A DNA stretch of 64,000 nucleotides from IMG/VR virus record IMGVR_UViG_3300036761_004198; one strand, given 5' to 3'. Both the position numbers and the translations under genes were made by a program. The DNA comes from an uncultured virus (IMG/VR IMGVR_UViG_3300036761_004198) (taxonomy: Duplodnaviria; Heunggongvirae; Uroviricota; Caudoviricetes). Each line of letters begins with the position of its first letter. Position 1 is the first letter of the stretch. Under the pieces are notes generated by a model. It did not search any database. It was not told the DNA's origin and was given only the letters and a program-made list of their open reading frames with translations. Shown one piece after another: positions 11,001 through 21,683 of this stretch.

Positions 11001-13552
11001 GGAGCGCCTCCTCGCTGCGGCGTACGGCATGGACGCGAAGACGTTCGACAAGAGGATGCGCCCCGCATGACCTCCACTGACCGCCCCAAGATGACAGCGA
11101 CGACGGCGACGCAGCGCGCACTCCTGTGCCTCCACGACAGCGGATACGGCGGTGTCTCGGCTGGCGAAGTCGGTGCGAGCGCCTGGCCAGAGCGCGAGTG
11201 TCGCCCGGGTCGCGGCGTGTCGGTCAACGGCGGCGGCGACTACGCCGCGCAGATGCTGCTCGGCAGGCTCAAAAAAGCCGGACTTGTGGAGTACGCGCCG
11301 AGCGAAGGATCGAGCCGGTGGCGACTGTCCACGAAAGGACGGAACGAGGTCCGACGGATGCACGCTGCACCGATCGCCAAGGAAGCGAAGGTCCCCAAGA
11401 GGCCACCCGAGTCTGGCGGAGCGATCGTAACCAACACAGATCCGTGCGTCTGCGGAGGAGCGCCCGAGGACCACGGGCGCGATCCTGCGTACCCCGGATC
11501 GACGGCCTGCACGCACTGCACCGACTGCATTGCCTACGAGGCAGATCCGGAGGCCCCGTGAGCACGTCAAAAACACCCATCGATCTCCGCGCGGTCGTAC
11601 AAACGCGACTCGATCATCTCACGTTCGTGAAGCCGCTGCGCTTGAAGGATGTGTCCAAGAGGACGTGCGCGGCACTCCATGAAGGCACGAGTTCGGACTT
11701 CACGCAGGGAGTGCAGCTGAATGAGTCTGTGGCCATCTTCCTCGACTGGTGGGGCTGGGGCATGTCGAACCGCTACTCCTTCGCCGTCTTCGAGAAGGCC
11801 AACGGACGCTGGCAACAAGTCCACTCGCGCATCGAAGACATCAACGAAGCCGTTGCGAACGCGATTCACGCGCTCGTAGAACGCGCTTTGTTCTCCTCAA
11901 GGTCCGACACATGAGCCAGCGGCCCGGCAAGAAGATCGGCATGCTCGAGGTCAAGCTCGATCGCAAGAAGACGCGCTACACGTGGGCTTCAGTCGACGTC
12001 GAGCTGCGCTTCGAGATCACGAAAGGCACGTTTCACGCCCAGTATGAAGGCAACTGGTACTCGGCCAAGACCAAGGACGACCTCGCCGAGCAGATCAAGG
12101 TCGCCGCCACCAAGGCGCTCTCGATCGAGTGGAAGCGCTACATCCAGATCGACTACGAGGCCCAGGGCTGGCCGATCGAGGACGAAAAGAGCGGACGCCC
12201 CGCGACCGACGGTCGCTACCACACCTACAGCATCGGCGAGGACCGATCGAAGTTCGACAAAGACGGAAAGCACGTGATCTGCTCCATCGAGCTGCACTGG
12301 ACGATCTGCGAGATCTCCGAGCCCTATCCGCTGCCGGAAGATCCCAAGAAGAGCGTGCGCGCCAAGCGCGAGGTCGACGTCTGGGGATGGGGCCCGGACA
12401 CAGGCAAGGAGAAGATCGGCGACCCCCAGGAGTGGGAAGACGACGTCCTGCCGGCCGGCACGCTCCTGTGGACGCCCGAGCGCGAGGCGTTTCTCGTCGA
12501 GGTCGTCGCTGCGCTCGGCAAGCTTGACGCACGCCTCGTCGATCTGTTCGCGGGCGACCCCGAGAAGCTCGCGGGAAAGATCGACGCCGCGGCGCAGACC
12601 GACCCGAGCCGGCTCCTCGCCGCGCCTGCGTCCGAAGCGCCGAAGAAGAAACGGAGGGGTGCGTGAGCGCCAAGAAAGATCCTCGCGAGCGCCTCGCCGA
12701 ACTGCTCGGTCCCGACTCGAAGAACTTCCTCAACACAGGTCTCACGATGAGCGAGTTCATGCAGCTCGGTCACGCCGAGAAGCTCTCCGCCTCGTGGACG
12801 CTACAGTCGCGCGAAGAGCGCAAGCGCCGCCTCGGCGCCGTCATGCGGCTGTCCGTGGAGCTGGCGCGCATCCGAGAGATCACGGGATTCTCGACCCGCC
12901 TGGCAGAGCAAGCGATCGAGGCCGTGATCGAAGGCGACTGGAAGAGCGTCGAGGAGTGGGCAGATCACTTCACGTTCGACGAAGAGGGGGAAGAGCTGCG
13001 ACAGAAGTGCGTTCCCATCTTCAACGCGTTCCGCGAGCTGTTGCTACAGGCCCTGCGTGCAGCGAAGGAGCTACCAGCGTGACCCTGGCCCTCGATCGCG
13101 CCCTCGCGCGCCAATCCTACGACGCGCTCGCCGTCAAGTTCGTGCGCCTCTGGAAACCCGAGCCGCCCGACAAGCGTCGGACCGCGCGCAGTTTCGCCGC
13201 CGAGATCCGCAAGCTCGCCCACGGCAACGCCACCTGGTTCCAGCATCGGCCGGAGGCTGCCCGCCTGCTCGCGCGCATCCTCGGAAGTACCCCGAAAAAG
13301 CTCGGGCTCGTGATGTTCGAGATCCAGTCCTTCGAGCGCCCTAGGGGCTGGCGCACGCACGGCACACGCCCGACGCTTGAGGCCGCCGAAGATCTCGCCT
13401 GGTCGCTGCTCACGCGGCACGGCGGGGACTGGCGGGTCCAGCACGGAAGCCAGACGATCGGGCGCGGTGCGGGCTATCGACCCGGTGAGCCGCGCTTCAC
13501 CCACGACCGCACGGCGACCTGGGCGCGTGTGCAGAAGAAGGAGCACGCGTGA
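5074..13552 (+). other. array of about 23 small coupled hypothetical CDS (e.g. 5468-6064, 6061-6609, 7011-7388, 7385-7975, 7972-8379, 9075-9551, 9772-10059, 11067-11561 wHTH-like, 11911-12666, 12663-13082, 13079-13552)
   Basis: Continuous tiling with GTGA/ATGA overlaps and GGAG RBSs; several Cys/His clusters. Confidence 0.65.
6621..6638. promoter_or_regulatory. single YGGGT-N8-ACCCR palindrome
   Basis: CGGGT-accaattc-ACCCA in the intergenic gap 6610-6679; no GG-N10-GC at +54. Confidence 0.45.
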
Positions 13553-13609
13553 AGGACCCGATGACCAACGAAGCGGCCACACGCGTGGAGCTAATAGAAA
13601 GAGAATGCC

Positions 13610-14188
13610 ATGAGTAACGAGCGGCTCTCAGAAGACGACGACGTCGCCGCGATGCAGGTGCTCGGCATGGGCGCGACCAGGTACGCGACGAAGATCATCG
13701 TCGCGGCGTTCGGAACACTCCCGCCCAGGTCGGATGCCGTGGCCGCTCTCGATCGCGCACGCAAGACCGCCACCGCTGCTAGAAACGGCCCCGCAATGGA
13801 CGCCCTGCGAAACCTCCAGATGGCCGCGGTCGCGTTCACCGTACAGCTGGCGACCTCCTATGACCTCGGCGATTCGGCAGTTTTACAGTCTCTCTACGAC
13901 AAGCTCATCGCAACGCTGGACGGTGCTGGAGCCGCCCTGGCATTCCAGATACACGATGACACGGCAGCAACTCAGATTCTCTGCGACCGTGCGCTCGACT
14001 ACGAGCGCCAGATTCTCGTCGCCGAGGACAACGGTGTACCCGTCGGGTTGGAGCCAAAGATGGACCTCGAGATCGCCGCCGTCACGTTCACCGCTCAGCT
14101 AGCGATCTCCGAGGGACATGATCCCGAGGCTCTGCGCCAGATCGAGAAGAAGCTCGTCGAGATGCTCACTTGCCAAGGAGGCTCGTGA
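13610..14188 (+). CDS. hypothetical helical protein with internal repeat
   Basis: LQMAAVAFTVQLA and LEIAAVTFTAQLA; visibly more AT-rich than neighbours. Confidence 0.7.
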   Translation: MSNERLSEDDDVAAMQVLGMGATRYATKIIVAAFGTLPPRSDAVAALDRARKTATAARNGPAMDALRNLQMAAVAFTVQLATSYDLGDSAVLQSLYDKLIATLDGAGAALAFQIHDDTAATQILCDRALDYERQILVAEDNGVPVGLEPKMDLEIAAVTFTAQLAISEGHDPEALRQIEKKLVEMLTCQGGS

Positions 14189-14348
14189 TGCCGCTCAGCC
14201 CCCAGATGCGCGACAAGCTCGCCGCCCACCTCGGAGCGCTCGCGGGCGCGACGATCAAGATGACGGGTTCCGCCCTGTGCGCCAAGAGCATCCACGGATC
14301 AGGGGCGATCGATCCGAGCATCGCGCACGAACGCAAAGGAGAAACCGA

Positions 14349-14969
14349 GTGAAAGATTCTCAGCCCCCGCAACCCGTCATCAAGGACAAAGATGGCGTCC
14401 TACGCTTCCGCGAGAACGCGATCGTCTGCGCCCTCCTCAAGCGCAGCGGTCTCCAACTCGCGGAGCTCGGGTCGTTCTCGCCGGAAGACCGAGTGCAGTT
14501 CGCGCAGCTCCTCGGCTACCCGGTGGACGATCCACAATTCGACGCGATTCGATCCGATCTGCCGAAGCCCGTGTCCCTGAAGAAGAGTGGCTACCAACCG
14601 CAGCCGATGCAGCCCATCGTCCAGGACGACCGCGGCGTGCTGCGCTTTCGCGAGAACGCGATCGCGAGAACGCTGCTCGATCGCGACACCGATCGCGGCA
14701 GGGTGTACCCCGCCTTTCCGGCACGCAGCGATGGTGGGCTGAACTGGATCGCCATGCAAAGATTCTCGCAAGCCGATCAAGAGCAGTTCGCGCAGATCAT
14801 CGGCTACTCGATCTCGGGCTACCACGAGCTGTCCTACGTGTCCGACAAGAGCGCCGCGCAGGCCAGCGCGCGGGGACACGAGATCCTGCCGGGTGCAGGC
14901 GGTTGCCGCGACGCCGGGTGTCCCTTCCACGGCGGACCGCTCGATGACGACAGCGCCGTGAGCAGCTAA
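14349..14969 (+). CDS. hypothetical protein with a tandemly duplicated domain
   Basis: QP.I.D..GVLRFRENAI...LL ... FS..D..QFAQ..GY occurs twice. Confidence 0.8.
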   Translation: MKDSQPPQPVIKDKDGVLRFRENAIVCALLKRSGLQLAELGSFSPEDRVQFAQLLGYPVDDPQFDAIRSDLPKPVSLKKSGYQPQPMQPIVQDDRGVLRFRENAIARTLLDRDTDRGRVYPAFPARSDGGLNWIAMQRFSQADQEQFAQIIGYSISGYHELSYVSDKSAAQASARGHEILPGAGGCRDAGCPFHGGPLDDDSAVSS

Positions 14970-14978
14970 GGAGATCGC

Positions 14979-16375
14979 ATGCGAAGCATCACGAAGATCA
15001 AGGCGGGCGATCGCAACGTCTACCCCTTCAACCACGACTTCACCGATCAGGAGCGGAAGGTGTTCCAACTCATCGAAGAGGTGAGGACCGCGACCCACGC
15101 CCTCAAGGCCGAGCTGGTACGAACGCCCGTCCACGCCTGCGCGCCACCCGAGAACTACGATCCGGCGAAGATCGAGGAGATCGCGCAGATCGAGCAGAGC
15201 CTCGACGACCTCGATCTGCAACTGCGCTGGATCCCCGGAGGCGCGTATCGGTATGCGTGATCGCTTGAGCCACTACTGCCCCACGTGCGGCGCCGGACTC
15301 GTCTCCGAGCCGATCGGTTCGCCGCTGCGCTGCAAGCACTGCGGCTGGCACCTCATCACGCGCGCGGCGTGGAAACAACTGCCGCCGTTTCGCCAGGGCT
15401 ACGCCTTGTACATGCAGGGTAGCTGGCCGACCAGCGAGATCGCCGACGAAAAGAACCTGTACACGGAGGGCACGTCCGAATGGACTGCGTTCCGGCAGGG
15501 AGAGCAGCGCGCCGTGCTCGACGCGCAGGATGGTGAGGAATGAAGAAGCAGTACGACTTCAAGAAGGCCCAACGCGGACGCTTCGCAACGGGATTCACCA
15601 AGCTTGAGGGCAAGGGGGCGCAGGAGATGCACCCGCGGATCGTCAACGTCAGCTTCGACGTCACGCAGGAGGTTGCCGCCGCGCTCCGCGCGCTCCGCGA
15701 CACGGGCCTGTTCGGCAGCGGTGTCGACTGCGCGTCGATCGCCGAGGAGCTGCTGCGACGCGCGCTGCTCCAACCGGGCATCGTCGAATACTGGAAGCGC
15801 GGATCTCGAGGAGCCCCGTGATCGTCAAGAGCCTCATCTTCTTCGGACAGCCCGCCACGCACGCCTGCGACGGCAAGTGCAGCAAGGCGTGGGGCCGCAA
15901 CGGCGGTCGGCCGCGCGTCCAAATCGGCGACCACGTGGACGACTACGCGTACCTCGCCGATGACGAACTCGGCGAGGCGCCGGTGGATCCGGGCACGTAC
16001 GAGGGAGATCACGCGAAGCCCGCCCATGCGAAAGGACCGGACGACATCAACAAGTGGTGCGTGCGTGAGTGCGAGCGCTCGTGGATGAATCCACCTGGCC
16101 GGCCGGATGCGGTCCCTGAGCTGCCGGACTTCTCGGGACGCTTCTACAACATCGCCCCACACAGGAGAGAGAGCTAGATGTTCTACGGAGAGCACCTCAG
16201 CGCGGAAGAAGCCTTAGTGAAGTGCGCCTGTGGCGTGGTTGCCAGCACGGAAGTCCACGATAGGTTCGGTCACTCGTGCGGCTGGTTCTGCCGACGCTGC
16301 GCGGATCGCAAACGTTGGGAGCTGCGAAAGCAGGCGAAGCTTGCGCGTGCGATCGTCAGGAAGGGACGGCCATGA
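14979..16375 (+). other. small hypothetical CDS (14979-15260, 15253-15543, 15818-16177, 16178-16375), several Zn-ribbon-like
   Basis: Coupled ORFs with CxxC pairs. Confidence 0.65.
15540..15821 (+). CDS. antitoxin-like / RHH-like small protein
   Basis: N-terminus MKKQYDFKKAQRGRF resembles the MKxEYDFSxxxRG start of BrnT-associated antitoxins. Confidence 0.45.
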   Translation: MKKQYDFKKAQRGRFATGFTKLEGKGAQEMHPRIVNVSFDVTQEVAAALRALRDTGLFGSGVDCASIAEELLRRALLQPGIVEYWKRGSRGAP

Positions 16376-17349
16376 GCCGAAACCTCAAGCGCGTCCCCCT
16401 GGACTTCTCCTGGCCGATCGGCGAGCTGTGGGGCGGCTACGTGAACCCCTACTACGACCTCGCCGGCACGTGCCCCGACTGCAATCACGGTCATGATCGC
16501 GCGGGCGGTCGCCCGGACGCCAACGCGGCTCTCTTCCACGATCAGTGGTACGGCAACGCGCCGTTCGATCCGGTCGCGAACGGTGCCGAGCCGCTGTCGC
16601 CGTACGCCCCAGCGATCTGGCGCCTCGCCGGCAGGAACGTCGGCGCCGCGCCCGACTTCTACATGACCAACGCTGAGCGGATCGCCCGCGAGGAGTTCAA
16701 GCACAAGGCGATGACGGGCACTTGGGGACCCGACGATCCGCCCCTCGTCCCGTTTCCATCGTTCGACAAAGAGCGCGCGATCAACCACGAGGCCAAGAGG
16801 CTCTACGAGCTCTGGCGCTACCAGTGGAAGCACCACCTCGTCCAGGCCGACGTCGACGCGCTCGTTGCAGACGATCGGCTGTGGGACCTTACGAGCGCGT
16901 GGTCGCAAGAGCACGGTTGGCAGCCGCGCGAGGACGGTCATCAGCCGACCGCGACCGAGGTCAACGCGTGGTCGTTCGAGGGCTTCGGTCACGACTCGTC
17001 CAACGCTCACATCTGCGTCCGGGCGCGCTGCGTCCGCGAGGGAGTGCCGTACATATGCACGCGCTGCCGCGGGACCGGCAGGATTTGGCCGACACCCGAG
17101 ATCGAGCAGCAGTGCGAGAACTGGAAGAAGACCGATCCGCCGACCGGCGCCGGCTACCAGCTCTGGGAGGACTGCTCGGAGGGGAGTCCCGTCTCGCCGG
17201 TGTTCACCGCGCTCGAAGATCTGTGCGCGTGGGCCGCCGACCACGCGACCACGTTCGCATCCGAAAGAGCCACGACCGAGGAGTGGAAGCAGATGCTGGA
17301 GGACGACTTCGTGCACGCCACCGACGCGCAAGGGAACATCTACCAGTGA
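16372..17349 (+). CDS. hypothetical phage protein with split CxxCxGxG-type Zn finger
   Basis: CPDCNHG ... CTRCRGTG; C-terminal PPTGAGYQLWE..SEGSPVSPVF. Confidence 0.75.
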   Translation: MSRNLKRVPLDFSWPIGELWGGYVNPYYDLAGTCPDCNHGHDRAGGRPDANAALFHDQWYGNAPFDPVANGAEPLSPYAPAIWRLAGRNVGAAPDFYMTNAERIAREEFKHKAMTGTWGPDDPPLVPFPSFDKERAINHEAKRLYELWRYQWKHHLVQADVDALVADDRLWDLTSAWSQEHGWQPREDGHQPTATEVNAWSFEGFGHDSSNAHICVRARCVREGVPYICTRCRGTGRIWPTPEIEQQCENWKKTDPPTGAGYQLWEDCSEGSPVSPVFTALEDLCAWAADHATTFASERATTEEWKQMLEDDFVHATDAQGNIYQ

Positions 17350-20193
17350 AGATCGTCCACGTCCACTGGCTCTTCAAGGAGGAGCCCACGCGCGCGGAGC
17401 ACCACCTGTGCGACTTCCCGCGCGCCGCGAACGACGCCGCGCACTCGATCGTACTCCGACCCATCATCCGCCAGAAGCCCGGCGGCCGACTCCGCGAATG
17501 CGTGCACTGCGCGAAGGTCGGCAAGGAGCTGGGGATCCCATGATCGTCAAGGTCGTCCCGTGCGGCGCACACCCGCTACACTTCGTGAAGGTTCGGGTGA
17601 GTGGTGCCCGCAGCGGCTGCCCAATGTGCGAGACGCAAATCGAAGACCTCTGCCGATCGCTCACCAGCGCCCCCGGCGCAGGAGCGGCCGAGCACGCGCC
17701 ACGGATCACTCTTGATCGGACGCGGATCGTCGGCTGCACCTGCGGTTGGCGTACGCCGGCTGGCACCACCGATTCGGACGACACCTTCGCAGGGCACGTC
17801 GCGATCGTCAGGGCAGGAGAACAACCATGAGCGCGTTCAACGGAGTGAAGGTCTTCGCGGCGACCATGATCGCGCAGCGCCAGACGCTCGGCGAGACAGT
17901 CACCGCGTGGCTCGAGGACGCACGGGCGAGGAGGCCAGGCTTCCAGCTCGTCGACATCATCGTCCGGCAGTCGAGCGACCAAGCCTTTCACTGCATTTCG
18001 ATCTGCATCTTCTACAACGAGGTCCTCGTCGTCGCGACGTCTCCGAAGGAGAAGCCCCGCCGTGGCTGATCGCATGCCCGTGAACGACGACACCTGGCTG
18101 GAGTTCCTGGGACCGCCGGGCGTCGAGTCGAGCTGCGGCCTCTGTGGCAACACCGGAATCCTCGATACGCGCGGCAAGGTCAAGTCGCCGCGCGGCGACG
18201 ACTGCGGCGTGCGCGCGTACTGCATCTGCCCGAACGGCCGCGCGATCAAGCTCGGCGGCGGAGCACTGCCGCCCGAAGGAGGCCCGTCATGACCGCACGC
18301 ACTTCCGTCATCACCGACTGGCGCACGAGCGAGGAAGACTTGCCGGACGTCGCGCCGGGCGAAGAGTACGAGCGTGTGATCGCGCCGCAAAAGTTCGTCG
18401 TGCTGCGCCGGATCATCGTCCGCGACATGGCGCTCATCCACCTCCAGATCGGGGCGGTCGAGGTCCCGTTCGAGCTGGAGAGTACCGATGGGTCGGTTCG
18501 ACGATATCGACCCAAGGGCCTCGACGACGACGCCCTCAAGAAGCGGCTCGTCGCGACCGGGGCCGCGGTTGCTACATCTAACTCGATCGCGATTGCACCC
18601 AATCTGGAGATCCGCACGCAACTGCGAAACGAAGGCGACGCACCCACCAAGCCCCGAGCTGCCCTGCTCGTCCAAGAGGAGATCACCTGATGCCGCGTCA
18701 CCACCAAGTCACCACCTGCCGCAAGAGCGGCGGCCCCGTCTCCAAGCACTGCTCGTGCGAGCACTGCACGCTGTCCGTGTGTTCGGTCTGCGACGCCGGC
18801 GAAGGCGGCCTCACGACCGACTGCCCCGGATCGAAGATCGCCTTCGACAAGCAGCAAGAGATCTACGAGACCAGCCTCGACTACACCGATGATCGCGGCT
18901 GGCACCTGGCCGAGCCGATGATGCGCCGATCGCCGCGCTTCGAGTCAACGAAGCTGCCGCCAGAGCCGCCGCACGTCGATCTACGCGCGACGATCGCGCC
19001 ATCGATCGACTGGGGCACGGTCGACCGCAACGCCTCCCTCCAGCACGAGCTCGCGCAGAAGGCGATCGCCTGGGTGCTCGCGGATCGCATCGCAGACGAT
19101 CATTCGGCTACGCTCACGCGCCTCGAAGACGAAGTCGACGCGCAGCTGCCACGCAAGGAGGCGATCGACGCGATCACCGACAAGGTCGATCTGAGCCAGC
19201 CGGACGAGCAGACGCGCGAGCTGCTCGGCAAGCTCGAGTACGAGAAGATCGAATTCCACCTCGCGAGCCGACGCGCGGAGAAGTGCGACGAGGAGTTCCG
19301 ACAAGCGGCACGGAAGCTCGTCACCGCGCTGGAAAGCGGACACGTCCCCGCCCACGACGAGATGCTGTTCAAGCGCACGTGCGGCTGCACGGTCGTCGCT
19401 GGTACCGCATGTCCCCACTTCGTCGCCCCAGTTGCGCTAAAGGAAGCGCCCCCAAAATCGTCTCAGGAGCAATGATCCGATGGGCACCTACTACCGCTAC
19501 GTCAACTTCACCCGCCACGAGTTCGTTTCGCTATCCGATCTCCGCGACGGCGGAGACAAAGAGAACGCCGTGCTCTACTGCGCTCCGGCGCTCGCGTGGC
19601 TGATCGTCTCCCCACGCACGTGCGGCGACGGTTACCGCGGGCGCTGGAGTTCGTACGCGGACGTGCCGTCTCATGACATTCGCATCGTCTCGGACGCGAG
19701 CCACGACTTCTACGACATGGAGGAGGGTGGGACGCCGACCTTCCCGGAAAGCCTCCTCAACATCACGCCCGGGCTACTCCAGTCGCTGCGCACGGAGTAC
19801 CCCGCATTCGTCGAGAACTACCAGCCCGCTGTCCACGACGTCGGGCTCTTGACCCACCTCGCCAAGAGCGGCGTCTACGAGCTGCTCCCCGCGGTGTCCG
19901 CGTCCTGCAAGTGCGGCTGGAAGACCGGCCCGATCCACGGCGATCACCGCGACGAGACGCTCGTGCGGATCGTCTCGGACCACGTCAACTCGAAGAAGAA
20001 GGACAGCAGCCCCCGCGAGCCGCGCCCCCTCGTGTACCGGACCGAGCTGTCGGCGGACGACGTTTGCGACATCGTCGAGGCGCTCGACGAGATCACCTCC
20101 GACAAGGGCCGCGAGTACGCGACCGAGGACGCGCCGCGGCTACGTGCGCTACGCGATCGCTTCGCGAGCATGCCGGGGACACGGGGTGTGTGA
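17346..20193 (+). other. hypothetical CDS chain (incl. 18289-18690, 18690-19475 Cys-rich plus coiled coil, 19480-20193)
   Basis: Coupled ORFs, codon bias. Confidence 0.65.
17827..18069 (+). CDS. small protein resembling a conserved myxobacterial family
   Basis: F.GVKVF.AT....R..LGE.VT.W ... QSSD..FHC..I..FY; family recalled, not searched. Confidence 0.6.
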   Translation: MSAFNGVKVFAATMIAQRQTLGETVTAWLEDARARRPGFQLVDIIVRQSSDQAFHCISICIFYNEVLVVATSPKEKPRRG

Positions 20194-20237
20194 TGAAAGA
20201 ACCACGCCGCTCCCCCCACGATGTAATCGCCTGGAGA

Positions 20238-20305
20238 CGGGTATCCAGGTACCCAGGTTTCACCATCAATTACTTGGCGCTACGCAAGGCTGGTCCAAGA
20301 GTCGC
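20238..20305 (+). promoter_or_regulatory. sigma-54-type promoter with palindrome and IHF-like site
   Basis: CGGGT-atccaggt-ACCCA at 20238-20255; cATCAAttacTTG at 20264-20276 (IHF consensus WATCAANNNNTTR); tGG(20292)-tccaagagtc-GC(20304). Confidence 0.7.
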
Positions 20306-20349
20306 AGATACGTTGGGCATATGACCAACTCTCACAAGGTCGTGCCGCA

Positions 20350-20754
20350 GTGACCGGAACCCTCAACATGCTGCTCGGTGCCGCCCTAGTCGCGATCGGC
20401 GTCCTCGCCGCCGCGCTCGCCGATCGCATCCGCGGCCTCCGTGTCTCGCGCGACGCGGTGCCGCGCGAGCGCACCAACCGCGCGCAGGTCTCGCCCGCTG
20501 CCATTCCCGTCATCGAGCCCGCCGAGATGCTTCGCGCTGCGCCGACGGTCGCGAAGCCCCGCCAGCAGAAGGTCCCGGCTGGACCCAAGACCGAGGACGG
20601 CTCGGACGACGTGATCGCGGCGCTCGTCGCCGCGGGCTACAAGAAGCCGATCGCCGCCGAGGCGGCCTGGGCGTGCAGCTCGGCCGAGCGCGCGACGGTC
20701 GAGGACTGGACGCGAGCGGCACTCCGCCGCTGCGCGCGGGGAGCGATGTCGTGA
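20350..20754 (+). CDS. membrane-anchored protein with RuvA C-terminal (domain III)-like domain
   Basis: N-terminal hydrophobic helix MLLGAALVAIGVLAAALA; Pro/Ala linker; DDVIAALVAAGYKKPIAAEAA...TVEDWTRAALRR matches the RuvA_C pattern. Confidence 0.7.
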   Translation: MTGTLNMLLGAALVAIGVLAAALADRIRGLRVSRDAVPRERTNRAQVSPAAIPVIEPAEMLRAAPTVAKPRQQKVPAGPKTEDGSDDVIAALVAAGYKKPIAAEAAWACSSAERATVEDWTRAALRRCARGAMS

Positions 20755-21528
20755 GCCGCGTCGGCGTCTATCAGGCGACTGCCAGTCGCTACGGCACCGT
20801 GATCGAGCGTGCCTCCCGGGGAGTGGCCCCACGCATCGGCGGAGGAATCACCAAGCATCCCCTCGCGCGCGACGTCGCCGAGGCGCTCGCGAAAGATCTC
20901 CGCGCGCTCGGCGCCGAGGTCAGGATCTACCCTCGAAACGAGCAGGACGATCGCGTCCTCGTCTACCTGTCGGGCTGCTCGTTCCAGAAGGGTGACCTGT
21001 CGTGACCAAGTTCAACCTCTCGATCGACCTCTTCACCCAAGACGTACGGGACACCGTAGACGTCGCGAAGGCACTGCGCAGTGTCGCCGATCGCCTCGTC
21101 AAGTTCACGTCGCTGCCGTGGAGCCCGTACGCGCTCTCGGGCAAGATCTACAGCGAAGAAGGCAAGCGCTGCATCGGGGAGTGGCGCGTCGACCCGGAGG
21201 CCGCTGCCGGCCTCACGATCACCGCGGAGAACGATCCCGACTCGCGCGCCCACTGCTCGCGCTGCGGGCAGTACATCCGCGCGCCCAAGGCCGCGCAAGA
21301 CCTCTGCGACGCCTGCGCTCCCAAGGCGGCCCATCCGTGACGGATGCGCGTCCGCTGTGCGCGAGGTGCGGACTACCCGCGCGCTACGTGCGCGGACTCG
21401 CGCGTGTACTGATCACCCTCGAACTCGACGGTAGCCTCGGCAAGGTGAACCGCGTCAGCGAGACGATGGAGCTTCCCGATCCCGAGTACGTCTGCGGCCT
21501 GGAACATCGCTGGAAGGTGCCTTCATGA
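20751..21528 (+). other. three small hypothetical CDS (20751-21005, 21002-21340, 21337-21528)
   Basis: GTGA overlaps. Confidence 0.6.
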
Positions 21529-21539
21529 GGGCGAACGAC

Positions 21540-21670
21540 CGGGTATCCCAGCACCCGGATTCGGGAAGCAACGGAAGCAACGACTTCGTGCACCCGCAGA
21601 CACGGGTATCTGGGTACCCGACCTTGGACGTCGCGCAGTTGCCGCACGGGTCGAGCGGCACGCGGATCGC
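21540..21670 (+). promoter_or_regulatory. sigma-54-type promoter of ruvB with two palindromes and IHF-like site
   Basis: CGGGT-atcccagc-ACCCG at 21540-21557; CGGGT-atctgggt-ACCCG at 21603-21620; cGG(21657)-cacgcggatc-GC(21669). Confidence 0.7.
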
Positions 21671-21683
21671 AACACCTCCGGGC

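Noticed and set aside
21525..21683. 53-aa N-terminal extension of RuvB from the ORF track
   Set aside because: It overlaps the palindromes and -24/-12 element; ATG 21684 gives a normal-length RuvB.
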